From NCBI GenBank assembly GCA_039808685.1, contig JBDHTM010000014.1:1617-65616 (forward strand): 64,000 nucleotides of DNA, written 5' to 3'. The DNA comes from Bosea sp. (in: a-proteobacteria) (GTDB lineage: Bacteria; Pseudomonadota; Alphaproteobacteria; Rhizobiales; Beijerinckiaceae). Shown one piece after another: positions 9,354 through 20,743 of the stretch (position 1 is the stretch's first letter; each line of letters begins with the position of its first letter). Both the position numbers and the translations under genes were made by a program. A model generated the notes under the pieces. That model searched no databases and was not told the DNA's origin. It was given only the letters and a program-made list of their open reading frames with translations.

Positions 9354-10721
9354 TCAGCCCACGCCGAGCGACTTCAGTTTCCGGTGCAGCGCCGAGCGCT
9401 CCATGCCGATGAACTCGGCCGTGCGCGAGATGTTGCCGGAGAAGCGTGCGATCTGCGCGATCAGGTATTCGCGCTCGAAGATTTCGCGCGCGTCGCGCAG
9501 CGGCAGGCTCATCAGGCGCTCGCCGCCCGTGCCGGACGGGGTCGTCGGCACCATCGCGCCCACTTCCGCCGGCAGCATCTCGATCGTCACCTCGGCGGTG
9601 GGATCGCCCTTGGTCAGGATCATCAGGCGCTCGACGTTGTTGCGCAGCTCGCGGATATTGCCCGGCCATTCATGCGATTGCAGTACGGCCATGGCATCGC
9701 TGCCGATTTGGCGTTTCGGCAGGCCGCTGGCGACGGAGATCTGCTCCATGAAGAACTCGATCAGCTCCGGCACGTCCTCGCGCCGCTCCGACAGCGGCGG
9801 CACCTTGATCGGCACCACGCTAAGGCGATGATAGAGATCCTCGCGGAAATGCCCGTCGGCGATGAGCTGCGCCAGATCGCGGCTCGACGAGGAGATGATG
9901 CGGACGTCGACATGGACCCGCGTCGCGCCGCCGACACGCTGGAAGTTCTGATCGACGAGCACGCGCAGGATGCGGTTCTGCGTCTCGCGCGGCATGTCGC
10001 CGATCTCGTCGATATAGAGCGAGCCGCCATGGGCTTCCTCGAGCGCGCCGATCCGGCGCGAGCGCCCGTCGCCGCCCTCGACGCCGAACAGCTCCTCCTC
10101 CATCGTCTCGGGCGTGATCGTCGCGGCGTTGATGACGACGAAGGGCCCGTTCGACCGACTCGAGGCGGCGTGCAGCGTGCGCGCCGCCAGTTCCTTGCCG
10201 CAGCCAGGCTCGCCGGTGATCAGCACGCGCGCATTGGTCGGCGCGACACGCTCGATCGTCTGGCGGAGCTGGTTGACCACGGTGGTGCGGCCGACGATGC
10301 GGTCGGCCTGGACCGAGCGCGTCTTGAGTTCGCGAACCTCGCGGCGCAGGCGCGATGCCTCAAGCGCGCGCTCCGCGACGAGCACCAGCCGGTCGGCCTT
10401 GAAAGGCTTTTCGATGAAGTCATAGGCGCCGCTCTTGATCGCCGAGACGGCCGTCTCGATGTTGCCATGGCCGGAGATCATCACCACCGCGAGATCGGGA
10501 TGGTTCTCCTTGATCAGTTCCAGCACCTGCAGGCCGTCGAGCCGGCTGCCCTGCAACCAGATATCGAGGAAGACGAGGTTCGGCCGGCGCGATGCGATCG
10601 CGGCCAGCGCTTCGTCCGCGGAACCGGCCTTGCGCGTGCGGTAGCCTTCGTCTTCCAGCAGGCCGGCGACCAGATCGCGGATATCGACTTCGTCGTCCAC
10701 TACCAGGATGTCAGCGCTCAT
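9354..10721 (-). CDS. ntrX: Response regulator NtrX (REC-AAA+-HTH)
   Basis: LDIWLQGSRLDG receiver domain, AAA+ domain lacking GAFTGA, GMERSALHRKLK HTH. Overlaps the ntrY stop. Confidence 0.95.
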   Translation of the reverse strand: MSADILVVDDEVDIRDLVAGLLEDEGYRTRKAGSADEALAAIASRRPNLVFLDIWLQGSRLDGLQVLELIKENHPDLAVVMISGHGNIETAVSAIKSGAYDFIEKPFKADRLVLVAERALEASRLRREVRELKTRSVQADRIVGRTTVVNQLRQTIERVAPTNARVLITGEPGCGKELAARTLHAASSRSNGPFVVINAATITPETMEEELFGVEGGDGRSRRIGALEEAHGGSLYIDEIGDMPRETQNRILRVLVDQNFQRVGGATRVHVDVRIISSSSRDLAQLIADGHFREDLYHRLSVVPIKVPPLSERREDVPELIEFFMEQISVASGLPKRQIGSDAMAVLQSHEWPGNIRELRNNVERLMILTKGDPTAEVTIEMLPAEVGAMVPTTPSGTGGERLMSLPLRDAREIFEREYLIAQIARFSGNISRTAEFIGMERSALHRKLKSLGVG

Positions 10722-13009
10722 AGGCGTATCCCATTCTTCCCATCATTCGTGTTGCGCGAGCCGTTGTCCGTCCGGGCGGCCGCATCGTCGTCCTCGGCGT
10801 CCGGCGCGGGACCTGTCTCGGGGAACCAGAGGCGGATGCGCGCGCCCCGTGCACCGCTGGCGGCATCCGGCCGGTCGAGCAATTCGATGCCGCCGCCATG
10901 GTCCTCCAGGATCTTGCCAACGATGGCGAGGCCCAGGCCCGTGCCGCCTTCGCGCGTCGTCATATAGGGTTCGAGCAGCTTCTGACGCTGGTCCCCCGGC
11001 AGGCCCTTGCCGTTGTCGATGATGTCGATCACGACCCGGCCATCGTCATGGCGCGTCATCTCGACATCGACGCGTCCCTGCCCGCGCTCCTCGGCCGGCA
11101 CGGCCTCGATCGCTTCCGTCGCGTTCTTGATGACGTTGGTCAGCGCCTGCGAGATCAGGCGCCGGTCGAAGCGCGCCAGCACGGCCTCCTCGGGTAGCGT
11201 CTCCACGATCGTCGTCTCGGGATTGCCGACGCGCCAGAGGAAGACGATCTGGCGGACGGTCTCGACGATGTCCTCGCGTGCCAGCGACGGCTTCGGCATG
11301 CGCGCGAAGGAGGAGAACTCGTCGACCATGCGCCGGATATCCTCGACCTGCCGCACGATCGTGTCGGTGCACTGGTCGAAGACGTCCTTGCCCTCGGTAA
11401 TGACGCGTCCGAAGCGACGCTTGATGCGCTCGGCCGAAAGCTGGATCGGCGTCAGCGGGTTCTTGATTTCATGCGCGATCCGGCGGGCGACATCGGCCCA
11501 GGCGGCGGTGCGCTGGGCGGAGACGAGGTCCGTGATGTCGTCGAGCGTCACCACGAGACCGGCGCCGATCCCCTCGCCTTCCCGCACGGCGCGGATATTG
11601 ACCATCCGATCCTGGCCCGCGCGCGTGAACGCCACTTGCCCGGAACTCTGGCGCTGCCGGTTCTGCAGGGCTTCCGTGACGAAGCCCGCCACCTCCGGCG
11701 CGATCTCGGCGATCGGCCGGCCGAGCAGGCGGCCGCCGGTTCCCAGCAGGCTCTCGGCCGAGCGGTTGATCGTGGTGACATGCCCGTCGCCGTCGAGGCT
11801 GAGCACGCCCGAGGAGACACCGGACAGCACCGTCTCGGTGAAGCGCCGGCGCCGGTCGATGACCTCGCTCGCCGTGACCAGGCTGTCGCGCTGGCGGCGC
11901 AGCTCCGCCGTCATCTTGTTGAAGGTCTCGCCGAGATGGGCGAGATCGCCCTCTGATCGTCGGATCGGCACTTGGACATAGAAATTGCCGCTCGAAACCT
12001 GGTCGGTCGCGTCGATCATCCGGCGGATCGGCGCGACCAGCCCGTTGGCAAAGCTCAAGCCCAGCCAGATCGCCGAGAGCAGCAGGATCAGCGCGATCAA
12101 CCCGTACATCGAGGCGAAGGCGATCTGGACGCCCTTCCGCCGCGCATCGATCGAGAGATATTCGACCGCCGCGCCACGCGCGACCGAGGGGAACTCGACG
12201 GCGAGCGGATCGACCTCGCGCGCGACATGAAGGAAGCTGTTGTCGTAGCTCGGCAGCTTCATCACGGCGCCGAACACCGTTCCCGTCCGCGGAATGACGC
12301 AGATCGGCTCCGGCGCGGACTTGGCATCGTCGAAGGCCGCCTGGTCGGGCATCGGCGGATCGCGCAGCACGTTGATATTGGCCCGCACGATCACCTTGTC
12401 CGGAGGCTGCATGATCGCCGCGACGGGCACGCCGAGGGCTGTCGCGCGCGTCGTCAGGAAGTTCTCGAACCATTTGCGATCGACATCGAAGGCAGGCTTC
12501 GCGCGGCTCAGGTCGTCGGCGAGGATCCGGATCTCACGTCCCAGCGAGCGGCACTGGCTGGCGGCATAGGCATCGGCCACCTCGACCGACTTGAAGATCG
12601 CGTCGCGCATCCGGTCGGAGAACCACGGCTCCAGCCCGCGTTCGATCGTGATGGTGGCGATGATGGCGACGAGGACCGCCGGCAGCGCGGCGATGATGCT
12701 GAACAGGCCGACGATGCGGACATGCAGGCCCGCTGCCGCCGCCCCGGCCTTGCGGGCCCGGATCAGCACCGCAGCCTCGATGGCCACGGTGATGATGAGC
12801 ACGAGGATCAGCAGGGCGTTGAGCACGAAGACGCCGACCACGACCTCGTGCACGGGCGCGATCGGCGTCGCCCCGGACAGGACGAGGAAGGTCAGCAGCG
12901 CCGAGATCAGTGCCAACGCGACGACGATCCCGCCGACCCAACCTGACACGCGGCGGGATTTCTCCTCGCCGCGCGGCATCATTCTGGCTTCGTGGACAGA
13001 AGCGGACAC
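10718..13009 (-). CDS. ntrY: Sensor histidine kinase NtrY
   Basis: TM segments, [33 protein letters not shown] and GTGLGL. Start uncertain (12982-13069). Confidence 0.93.
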   Translation of the reverse strand: MSASVHEARMMPRGEEKSRRVSGWVGGIVVALALISALLTFLVLSGATPIAPVHEVVVGVFVLNALLILVLIITVAIEAAVLIRARKAGAAAAGLHVRIVGLFSIIAALPAVLVAIIATITIERGLEPWFSDRMRDAIFKSVEVADAYAASQCRSLGREIRILADDLSRAKPAFDVDRKWFENFLTTRATALGVPVAAIMQPPDKVIVRANINVLRDPPMPDQAAFDDAKSAPEPICVIPRTGTVFGAVMKLPSYDNSFLHVAREVDPLAVEFPSVARGAAVEYLSIDARRKGVQIAFASMYGLIALILLLSAIWLGLSFANGLVAPIRRMIDATDQVSSGNFYVQVPIRRSEGDLAHLGETFNKMTAELRRQRDSLVTASEVIDRRRRFTETVLSGVSSGVLSLDGDGHVTTINRSAESLLGTGGRLLGRPIAEIAPEVAGFVTEALQNRQRQSSGQVAFTRAGQDRMVNIRAVREGEGIGAGLVVTLDDITDLVSAQRTAAWADVARRIAHEIKNPLTPIQLSAERIKRRFGRVITEGKDVFDQCTDTIVRQVEDIRRMVDEFSSFARMPKPSLAREDIVETVRQIVFLWRVGNPETTIVETLPEEAVLARFDRRLISQALTNVIKNATEAIEAVPAEERGQGRVDVEMTRHDDGRVVIDIIDNGKGLPGDQRQKLLEPYMTTREGGTGLGLAIVGKILEDHGGGIELLDRPDAASGARGARIRLWFPETGPAPDAEDDDAAARTDNGSRNTNDGKNGIRL

Positions 13010-13131
13010 GTTTCCCGACAACTCCGATATGGCAGGGACCGCGAACCGATCACGCCTGCAGGGCGCCACTGATGCGCCGCCGCAACGGTGTTGTCAAAAT
13101 ATGACATTCACAAGGCGGGGAAGCCGCGCTT

Positions 13132-14586
13132 TCAGCCTGGCGAGCGCACGACCTGCATGTCGAGCTCGCGAATCTTCTTGCGCAGCGTGTTGCGATTGAG
13201 GCCAAGCAGCTCCGCGGCACGGATCTGGTTGCCGCGCGTCGCAGCCAGCGCGGCGGCGATCAGGGGCGGCTCGATCTCGCGCAGGATGCGGTGGTAGAGC
13301 CCTGGCGGCGGGATATTGTCGCCGAAGCCGCCGAAATACTGGTCGAGATGACGCTCGACGGAGCCGGAGAGCGTTTCCGCCCGCTCGGGCGTGGTCGCGG
13401 GGCCATTCGCAAAACCGGGCCCCACCGCAGCCGGTTGCAACTCGGCCTCGATAATCGGCGCGGTGATCGTTTCCTGCGGATAGAGCGCCGCCAGGCGCCG
13501 GACGAGATTCTCCAGCTCGCGAACGTTCCCGGGCCAGCGATACTGGCGCATCACGTCCATCGCTTCCGAATCGACCTGCTTGCGCGGCAGCCCCTCCTTC
13601 TCGACCAGCGAGAAGAAGTGGCGGACGAGATCCGGGATGTCCTCGATGCGCTCGCGCAAAGGCGGCAGGCGGATCGGCACGACATTCAGCCGGAAGAACA
13701 GGTCCTCGCGGAACAGGCCCTGCGCGATCGAGATGCGCAGATCCTTGTTGGTTGCCGCGACGATGCGGACATTGGTCTTGATCGGGGTGCGCCCGCCGAC
13801 CGTGGTGTATTCGCCCTGCTGGAGCACGCGCAGCAGGCGGGTCTGCGCCTCCATCGGCATATCGCCGATCTCGTCGAGGAAGAGCGTGCCGCCCTCTGCC
13901 TGCTCGAAGCGCCCCGACGAGCGCGTCAGCGCCCCGGTGAAGGCGCCCTTCTCATGGCCGAAGAGCTCGGACTCGATCAAGTCCTTCGGGATCGCGGCCA
14001 TGTTGATCGCGACGAAGGGGCCGTTCTTGCGCTTGCCGTAATCGTGCAGCGCGCGTGCCACCAGTTCCTTGCCGGTGCCGGATTCGCCGTTGATCATCAC
14101 GGTCAGGTCGATCGGCATCAGGCGCGCCAGCGCCCGATAAACGTCCTGCATCGCCGGCGAACGGCCGATCAGCGGGATATCCTCGGGCTCTGCCGCGTGC
14201 CCGCGCGCCGCCTCGCCGCGCGGGCGCGACATCGCGCGCCCGACGATGGCGACGAGCTCCTTCAGGTCGAAGGGCTTCGGCAGGTATTCGTAGGCGCCGC
14301 GTTCGGAGGCCTTGATCGCCGTCATGAAGGTGTTCTGCGCGCTCATCACGATGATCGGTAGTTCGGGCCGCACCCGCTTGATGCGCGGCAGCAGGTCGAA
14401 GGCGTTGCCGTCCGGCATGACCACGTCGGTGATGATCAGGTCGCCCAGCCCCTGGGCCGCCCAGGTCCAGAGAGTGGCGGCCTGGCCGGTGGTGCGGACT
14501 TCATAGCCCGCCCGGGCCAGCGCCTGGTTCAGGACGGTGCGGATCGCGGCGTCGTCGTCAGCGACGAGGATGTGACCGGTCGGCAT
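13132..14586 (-). CDS. ntrC: Nitrogen regulation protein NR(I), NtrC
   Basis: Receiver domain, [34 protein letters not shown]. Confidence 0.96.
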   Translation of the reverse strand: MPTGHILVADDDAAIRTVLNQALARAGYEVRTTGQAATLWTWAAQGLGDLIITDVVMPDGNAFDLLPRIKRVRPELPIIVMSAQNTFMTAIKASERGAYEYLPKPFDLKELVAIVGRAMSRPRGEAARGHAAEPEDIPLIGRSPAMQDVYRALARLMPIDLTVMINGESGTGKELVARALHDYGKRKNGPFVAINMAAIPKDLIESELFGHEKGAFTGALTRSSGRFEQAEGGTLFLDEIGDMPMEAQTRLLRVLQQGEYTTVGGRTPIKTNVRIVAATNKDLRISIAQGLFREDLFFRLNVVPIRLPPLRERIEDIPDLVRHFFSLVEKEGLPRKQVDSEAMDVMRQYRWPGNVRELENLVRRLAALYPQETITAPIIEAELQPAAVGPGFANGPATTPERAETLSGSVERHLDQYFGGFGDNIPPPGLYHRILREIEPPLIAAALAATRGNQIRAAELLGLNRNTLRKKIRELDMQVVRSPG

Positions 14587-14602
14587 GTGTTGCTTGAGGC
14601 CT

Positions 14603-15745
14603 TTACGTTGCCTGCCCCGACCTGAGCTGGTGCAGCGGCAGGAGGATCCTGAAATGCGTCCGGCGCGGAACGGACTCGCATTCGACGATTCCGCCGTGAT
14701 CGCCGATCACCTTGGCGACAAGTGCAAGTCCAAGGCCACTTCCCTGGGCCTTGGTCGTGACGAAGGGATCGAACAGATGCTGCACCAGATCTGCAGGTAC
14801 GCCCGGCCCGTTGTCACGCACGGCGATTTCGAGCGGCAGGGCGATGCGCTCTGATGATCCCGGCACCTGCAGGCGGATGCCCGGACGATAGGCCGTCGTC
14901 AGCGTGATCTCGCCGTCGACCGCGTCCTCGCCGATCGCCTCGGCAGCGTTCTTGACGAGGTTGAGCAGCACCTGGACGAGCTGGTCGCGATTGCCGGCGA
15001 CCGGCGGCAGCGAGGGATCGTAGGCTTCGGTGAAGCGGATATGCCTGGCGAAGCCGGACTGGGCCAGGCGCTTCACATGATCGAGCACGTCATGGACATT
15101 GACCGCGTCGCGCTCGCTCGGCCGCTCGTCGCCGAACAATTCCACGCGCTCGACCAGCTTCACGATCCGGTCGGTCTCGTCGCAGATCAGCTGCGTCAGC
15201 ATCCGGTCGTCGTCGGAGATCGAGCCTTCGAGCAGTTGCGCCGCACCGCGGATGCCCGAGAGCGGGTTCTTGATCTCATGGGCCAGCATCGCGCCGAGCG
15301 CGGTGATCGAGCGCGCTGCCCCACGATGCGTCAATTGCCTGTCCATTTTTTCGGCAATTGTCCGTTCTTGCAGCATCAGCACGACCGCATCGCCCTGGCT
15401 GGGCAAGGGAGAGGCAAAGACATCGACGATGTGATCGGTTCCGAGGCGCGGCGTGCCGAGATCGAGGCGGTATTCGCTGACGCTGGCGCCGCGGCGCTGC
15501 ACCTCCTCGATCAGCCCGAGCACGGGCGAGCCAAAGGCGACGAGATCGTCGATGCGCTGGCGCTTGAGCAGGGCCGCGCTCGACTGGAAGAAATCCTCGG
15601 CCGCCGTGTTGGCGTAGAGCACGGCATGCCCCTCGCCGATCACCAGCACCGGCATCGGCAACACCGTCAACGCCTGGACCTCGATCGGGTCGAGCAGATA
15701 GGTGCTGCGGCTTCCTAGCCCCTTGTCGGCAAACATCGCCGTCAT
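14603..15745 (-). CDS. ntrB: Nitrogen regulation histidine kinase NtrB
   Basis: PAS domain, [33 protein letters not shown]. Confidence 0.95.
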   Translation of the reverse strand: MTAMFADKGLGSRSTYLLDPIEVQALTVLPMPVLVIGEGHAVLYANTAAEDFFQSSAALLKRQRIDDLVAFGSPVLGLIEEVQRRGASVSEYRLDLGTPRLGTDHIVDVFASPLPSQGDAVVLMLQERTIAEKMDRQLTHRGAARSITALGAMLAHEIKNPLSGIRGAAQLLEGSISDDDRMLTQLICDETDRIVKLVERVELFGDERPSERDAVNVHDVLDHVKRLAQSGFARHIRFTEAYDPSLPPVAGNRDQLVQVLLNLVKNAAEAIGEDAVDGEITLTTAYRPGIRLQVPGSSERIALPLEIAVRDNGPGVPADLVQHLFDPFVTTKAQGSGLGLALVAKVIGDHGGIVECESVPRRTHFRILLPLHQLRSGQAT

Positions 15746-15763
15746 CGGCTGCTCCTTGCGGCG

Positions 15764-16792
15764 TCAGGCCGCTTCGCAATTGCGATCGGTCGAGAACAGG
15801 CCCGCGAGGGCCGCCAGAACCGTGCGTGGATCGTCAGAGGTGAGGAGGCTGCGGCGCAGCTCCGGATCCGGCTCACAGCCATCGGTCATCGCGTCGTCGG
15901 CATAGGCTGCCAGATGCTTGCGGGCGTGGCGTGCACCATGCGCGACGCCCATCAGGGCTAGAAGCCCTTCATAGTGCTCGCAGGCCAGCGAGAGCTTCTC
16001 GACCAGCGTCAGCGGGCGGAATGCGCGCCCGTCCAGCGCCGCACCGATCTCGCCGACCAGCCAAGGGCGGCCAAGCGCGGCCCGCCCGACCATGACGTAA
16101 TCCGCACCCGACTGATCGAGGCAGCCTCGCGCATCTGAGACATCGTGGATGTCGCCATTGGCGACGAGCGGGAAATCCCCGACCGCACGCACCGCCGCGA
16201 TGGCCCGCCAATCCGCCTTGCCTTTGTAGAACTGCTGGCGCGTGCGGCCATGGACGGTGATCATCCGCGCTCCTGCCGCGACGGCCCTGCGGGCAAGCTC
16301 GGGCGCATTGCGGGAGGCGTCGTCCCAGCCGAGACGCATCTTGACCGTCACCGGCACCTTGGTCGCCGCGACGGCGGCCTCGACCAGCGCGATTGCATGG
16401 TCGAGATCGCGCATCAACGCGGAGCCCGCCCAGCCCCCCGTCACCTTCTTGGCCGGGCAGCCCATGTTGATGTCGACGATATCGGCGCCGTTCGCCTCGG
16501 CCAGCCGGGCCGCTTCCCCCATCCAGTAGGGATCGCAGCCGGCGAGCTGGACGACATGCGGCGACACGCCCTCACCCTCGGCGCGGATGCGCGCTTCCTC
16601 GCTGCCCCGCACGAATTCGTCGGACGCGACCATCTCCGAGACGACGATTCCGGCATGGCTGCGGGCCGCGAGGCGGCGCATGACGATGTCGGTCACACCT
16701 GACATCGGCGCCAGGAAGGCGCGGGACGCGATCGGGATACCTGCGATGTCCAAAGGGCCAAGCCTGCTTTTGAGGCATTTCTCAATATGCAT
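15764..16792 (-). CDS. dusB: tRNA dihydrouridine synthase DusB (NifR3)
   Basis: LAPMSGVTD, DINMGCPAKKV, VHGRTR and ANGDI motifs; usual position upstream of ntrBC. The start may lie slightly downstream. Confidence 0.94.
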   Translation of the reverse strand: MHIEKCLKSRLGPLDIAGIPIASRAFLAPMSGVTDIVMRRLAARSHAGIVVSEMVASDEFVRGSEEARIRAEGEGVSPHVVQLAGCDPYWMGEAARLAEANGADIVDINMGCPAKKVTGGWAGSALMRDLDHAIALVEAAVAATKVPVTVKMRLGWDDASRNAPELARRAVAAGARMITVHGRTRQQFYKGKADWRAIAAVRAVGDFPLVANGDIHDVSDARGCLDQSGADYVMVGRAALGRPWLVGEIGAALDGRAFRPLTLVEKLSLACEHYEGLLALMGVAHGARHARKHLAAYADDAMTDGCEPDPELRRSLLTSDDPRTVLAALAGLFSTDRNCEAA

Positions 16793-16804
16793 ATTTATTG
16801 GACA
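16788..16804. promoter_or_regulatory. Possible NtrC-type operator at the dusB-ntrBC / ispDF divergent promoter
   Basis: TGCAT-ATTTATT-GGACA resembles TGCAC-N7-GTGCA, with an AT-rich spacer. Confidence 0.4.
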
Positions 16805-16900
16805 TTGCTGCGGTAGCGCAAGGGCTTATGCGCACATGCTGCATTGCAACAGCGTCGCACCCCCTGCCCCCGCGAGGCAGAATTGGCTATGGCATGCGCC

Positions 16901-18136
16901 ATGACCCGCTTGCAGTCAGGACCCAGCGCCGTGCTCCGCCAATCCGATGCGCCTCAACCCGTTGCCGCTCTGCTTGTCGCAGCCGGCCGGGGCCTGAGGG
17001 CCGGCGGTGGCGAGCCGAAGCAGTACCGGCTGGTCGAAGGCCGCCCGGTTCTTGCCCATGCGCTGATGCCTTTCCTGGCGGAGCCGGCGATCGAGCGCAT
17101 CGTCGTCGTGATCGGCGAAGGCGACGAAGCGCGCTATGCCAGCGCCATCGCAGGCATCGACAACTCCCGGCTCGCCGCGCCGACGCTCGGCGGCGCGACA
17201 CGCCAAGCCTCGGTACGGCGCGGCCTGCTCGCGCTTGCCCGCGAAGGCTTCGACGGCATCGTGCTGATCCATGACGCAGCACGCCCCTTCCTGTCGTCTT
17301 CACAGATCAGCGCGGCGATCCAGCGGCTTGGCTCCGAGGGCATCGCCGCCATCCCCGCCCTGCCAGTGACCGACACCGTGAAGCGCGTGGATGCCGACGG
17401 CCATGTCGTCGAGACGCCGCCGCGCGACCAGCTCGTCACGGTCCAGACGCCGCAAGCCTTCCGCTTCAAGCCGCTGTTGGAAGCCCATGAGGCCGCGGAA
17501 GCCGCGCTGCTACACGGCTTCACCGACGATGCGGCCCTGATGGAGTGGGCGGGCCATCCGGTCGCGACCTTCCAGGGCGACCCGGCCAATGTGAAGTTGA
17601 CCCATGCCACGGATTTCCTGCGAGCGGCATCGTCCTCGGACAAGGTGCTCGTGACGCGGGTAGGCACGGGCTACGACGTCCATGCCTTCGGCCCCGGCGA
17701 TCATGTCTGGCTCGGCGGCATCCGGATCGGACACGACCAAGGGGTGATCGCCCATTCCGATGGCGACGTCGCGCTGCACGCCCTGACCGACGCCTTGCTC
17801 GGCGCGCTCGCCGATGGCGATATCGGCACGCATTTCCCACCAAGCGATCCGCAATGGCGCTGCGCGGCCTCGGCCCAGTTCCTCGCCTTCGCGGCGGCGC
17901 GCGTCCGCGAGCGTGGCGGTCGGATCGATTTCCTCGACCTCACCATCGTTTGCGAGGCTCCGAAGATCGGCCCGCATCGCGAGGCCATCCGCGCCAAGAT
18001 CGCGGCGATCGCCGGCATTCCCTTAAGCAAGGTCGCGATCAAGGCGACAACCTCGGAACGCATGGGCTTCACCGGCCGACGCGAGGGCCTCGTCGCCCTG
18101 GCGACCGCGACGATCCGCCTGCCCGAGGAGGGGTGA
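16901..18136 (+). CDS. ispDF: Bifunctional IspD/IspF (MEP pathway)
   Basis: [23 protein letters not shown] and TDDA, then [29 protein letters not shown] and KATTSE. Start uncertain. Confidence 0.95.
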   Translation: MTRLQSGPSAVLRQSDAPQPVAALLVAAGRGLRAGGGEPKQYRLVEGRPVLAHALMPFLAEPAIERIVVVIGEGDEARYASAIAGIDNSRLAAPTLGGATRQASVRRGLLALAREGFDGIVLIHDAARPFLSSSQISAAIQRLGSEGIAAIPALPVTDTVKRVDADGHVVETPPRDQLVTVQTPQAFRFKPLLEAHEAAEAALLHGFTDDAALMEWAGHPVATFQGDPANVKLTHATDFLRAASSSDKVLVTRVGTGYDVHAFGPGDHVWLGGIRIGHDQGVIAHSDGDVALHALTDALLGALADGDIGTHFPPSDPQWRCAASAQFLAFAAARVRERGGRIDFLDLTIVCEAPKIGPHREAIRAKIAAIAGIPLSKVAIKATTSERMGFTGRREGLVALATATIRLPEEG

Positions 18137-18138
18137 CC

Positions 18139-18636
18139 ATGTTCGATCTCAAGATCCGCTCGCTCGCGACCGAATTGCTGAACCTGAGCCTGGAGCGCGG
18201 CTTCACGGTCGCGACGGTCGAATCCTGCACCGGTGGCCTCGTCTGCGGCGCGCTGACCGCGATCGCCGGCTCGTCCTCGATGGTTCAGGGTGGCCTGATC
18301 ACCTATTCCAACGAGGCCAAGACCGCGCTCGCCGATGTTCCTATGGCGCTGATCAAGCAGCACGGCGCCGTCAGCGAGCTGGTGGCGCAGGCCATGGCGG
18401 AAGGTGGACGCCAGCGCCTCGACGCCACCTTCGCCGTATCGATCACCGGCGTCGCCGGTCCGGGCGGCGGCAGCGTCGAAAAGCCCGTCGGCCTGGTCCA
18501 CTTCGCCTGCGCCGGCCCTTCCGGCACGCGCCATCGCGAGCGCCGCTTTGGCGAGCGATCGCGCGACGAAATCCGACGTCTCAGCGTGCTGGAAGCGCTC
18601 GACCTGCTGCGCGAGACTGTACGGACCGGGTCCTGA
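18139..18636 (+). CDS. CinA C-terminal domain protein (PncC-like nicotinamide mononucleotide deamidase)
   Basis: ESCTGGL, TYSNEAK, HGAVS and SITGVAGPGGGSVEKPVGLV motifs. Confidence 0.9.
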   Translation: MFDLKIRSLATELLNLSLERGFTVATVESCTGGLVCGALTAIAGSSSMVQGGLITYSNEAKTALADVPMALIKQHGAVSELVAQAMAEGGRQRLDATFAVSITGVAGPGGGSVEKPVGLVHFACAGPSGTRHRERRFGERSRDEIRRLSVLEALDLLRETVRTGS

Positions 18637-19110
18637 TCAGGCGCCGATCGCTGGCGCGGCGCCCCGCCCATAGACCAGCTCGGCGCGCTTCTCGAAGGCT
18701 TCGGCGAACTTCCGGAAGGCCTTGTCGAACATCGTGCCCATCAGCAGGCCGAGCATGCGGCTGGCGAATTCGTAGGAGATGAAAAACCCGATCTCACAGC
18801 CCGCGTCGTGCGGCTTGAAGGTCCAGCGGTTCTCCAGATAGCGGAACGGCCCGTCGACATACTCGACAAGAATCTTGAGATTGGCCGGATCGAGCGTGAC
18901 CCGGCTGGTGAAGGTCTCGCGGATCGCCTTGTAGCCGACAGTCATATCGGCCAGCAGAACCTCGCCGCCGCCTTCGCGCGGCGTGCGCCGGCGCACCGTC
19001 AGCCCCTCGCAGAGCGGCAGGAACTGCGGGTATTTCTCGACATCGGCCACGAGCGCGAACATCTGCTCGGGCGAGTGTCTCACCCGGCGGGTGCTGTTGA
19101 ACATCGGCAT
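18637..19110 (-). CDS. RatA/Coq10 START-domain (SRPBCC) protein
   Basis: MFALVADVEKYPQFLPLC, ETFTSRV, GPFRYLENRW and AFEKRA motifs. Confidence 0.9.
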   Translation of the reverse strand: MPMFNSTRRVRHSPEQMFALVADVEKYPQFLPLCEGLTVRRRTPREGGGEVLLADMTVGYKAIRETFTSRVTLDPANLKILVEYVDGPFRYLENRWTFKPHDAGCEIGFFISYEFASRMLGLLMGTMFDKAFRKFAEAFEKRAELVYGRGAAPAIGA

Positions 19111-19125
19111 CGAGAGTGCGCCCTA

Positions 19126-20139
19126 TCAGCCGCGGCGGTTGTGGCCGATACCGATCTGGGCATCGCGCGCGGCCCGCAAACGAGCGAAATCCTCGCCGGC
19201 ATGATGCGAGGAGCGGGTCAGCGGCGTCGAGGACACCATCAGGAAGCCCTTGGCATAGGCGATGGTCTCGAAGCTCTTGAACTCGTCGGGCGTGACGAAG
19301 CGGATCACGGCATGGTGCTTCCGCGAGGGCGCGAGATACTGGCCGATCGTCATGAAATCGACCTCGGCCGAGCGCAGGTCGTCCATCAGCTGGAGCACCT
19401 CGTTCCGCTCCTCGCCGAGGCCGACCATGATGCCGGACTTGGTGAAGATGGTCGGGTCGAGTTCCTTCACCCGCTGCAGCAGGCGCAGCGAATGGAAATA
19501 GCGCGCGCCCGGGCGCACCTTCAGGTACTTGCCCGGCACGGTCTCCAGATTGTGGTTGAAGACGTCGGGGCGGGCCGCCACGACGACTTCGAGGGCGCCC
19601 GGCTTGCGCAGGAAGTCCGGCGTCAGGATCTCGATGGTGGTGCCGGGCGAGGCCTTGCGGATCGCGTGGATGACATTGGCGAAATGCTCGGCGCCGCCGT
19701 CCTTGAGGTCGTCGCGGTCGACCGAGGTGATCACGACATGCTCGAGCCCGAGCTTGGCGACGGCCTCCGCCACCTTGCGTGGCTCTTCGAGGTCGAGCGG
19801 TTGCGGCACGCCGGTCTTCACGTTGCAGAAGGCGCAGGCCCTCGTGCAGGTGTCGCCCATGATCATGAAGGTGGCGTGCTTCTTTTCCCAGCATTCGCCG
19901 ATATTGGGACAGCCGGCCTCCTCGCAGACCGTGACCAGCTTCTCGGCCTTCACGATCGCCTTGGTCTCGGCCCATTTCGGCGAGCCGGGCGCCTTGACGC
20001 GAATCCAGTCCGGCTTGCGCAGCACCGGGTTCTCCGGGCGCTTCTGCTTCTCCGGATGGCGGATTTCCGCGGCTTGCGCCTTCGGATTGCCGGCATTGGG
20101 CCGCGGATTGCGGTTCAGCAGGTCGAGAACAAGCGCCAT
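19126..20139 (-). CDS. lipA: Lipoyl synthase
   Basis: [21 protein letters not shown] and RSSHHA motifs. Confidence 0.97.
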   Translation of the reverse strand: MALVLDLLNRNPRPNAGNPKAQAAEIRHPEKQKRPENPVLRKPDWIRVKAPGSPKWAETKAIVKAEKLVTVCEEAGCPNIGECWEKKHATFMIMGDTCTRACAFCNVKTGVPQPLDLEEPRKVAEAVAKLGLEHVVITSVDRDDLKDGGAEHFANVIHAIRKASPGTTIEILTPDFLRKPGALEVVVAARPDVFNHNLETVPGKYLKVRPGARYFHSLRLLQRVKELDPTIFTKSGIMVGLGEERNEVLQLMDDLRSAEVDFMTIGQYLAPSRKHHAVIRFVTPDEFKSFETIAYAKGFLMVSSTPLTRSSHHAGEDFARLRAARDAQIGIGHNRRG

Positions 20140-20239
20140 AACAGGGTCCGGGCTTCAACAGCAGGAGCCGGCCAAGCCGGCTCCCTCTAGCTAATCCCCA
20201 AACCGCTCTGCCGCAACTCCCGGCCCCGGCAACTGAGCT

Positions 20240-20518
20240 TCAGCTGCGACCGCGGGCCGCGTTCCAGATCACGATGACGATGACGGCGCCGGCCACTGCT
20301 GCGGTCAGGGTCCGCCAGAAGCCGAAGACCGGAATCTCCATGAGTTCCGCGACCTTGGCGCCGACGAAGGAGCCGGCGACGCCGACCAGCATGTTGGTGA
20401 AGAGCCCGTGATCGGACGAGGTCAGGCGCTCGGCGATCCACCCGGCGAGAACGCCGATCAGCAGCGTCATGAAGAAGCCATAGCCCGGCTGGGCCATGGT
20501 GGCGGCAAAGCTTTCCAT
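20240..20518 (-). CDS. GlsB/YeaQ/YmgE-family stress response membrane protein
   Basis: IGVLAGWIAE...NMLVGVAGSFVG...AAVAGAVIVI pattern; start at ATG 20518. Confidence 0.85.
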   Translation of the reverse strand: MESFAATMAQPGYGFFMTLLIGVLAGWIAERLTSSDHGLFTNMLVGVAGSFVGAKVAELMEIPVFGFWRTLTAAVAGAVIVIVIWNAARGRS

Positions 20519-20558
20519 CGCGGATATCCCCCTAGCCATGCGCGGATGCGCGCCTACC

Positions 20559-20583
20559 AACGACGCGCGCCGGCCGAAGTTCC
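20559..20583 (-). promoter_or_regulatory. EcfG (general stress response sigma) type promoter for the GlsB-family gene
   Basis: Minus-strand GGAAC-N16-CGTT, 40 bp upstream of the ATG. Confidence 0.7.
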
Positions 20584-20612
20584 GCATCCATGCAGAGCGG
20601 GTCAATCCCTCT

Positions 20613-20736
20613 CGTCATTGCGAGGAGCGAAGCGACGAAGCAATTCAGGGGACGTAGAGCTCTGCCGCTCCTGGATTGCTTCGCGGAGCCTACCCTTGGG
20701 CTTGCCGAAGGCAAGACCCGAGGGCTCGCAATGACG
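20613..20736. repeat. CGTC-tagged REP-like palindrome
   Basis: CGTCATTGCGAGGAGCGAAGCGACGAAGCAATTCAG...CTGGATTGCTTCG...CTCGCAATGACG. Confidence 0.85.
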
Positions 20737-20743
20737 GAGAGCT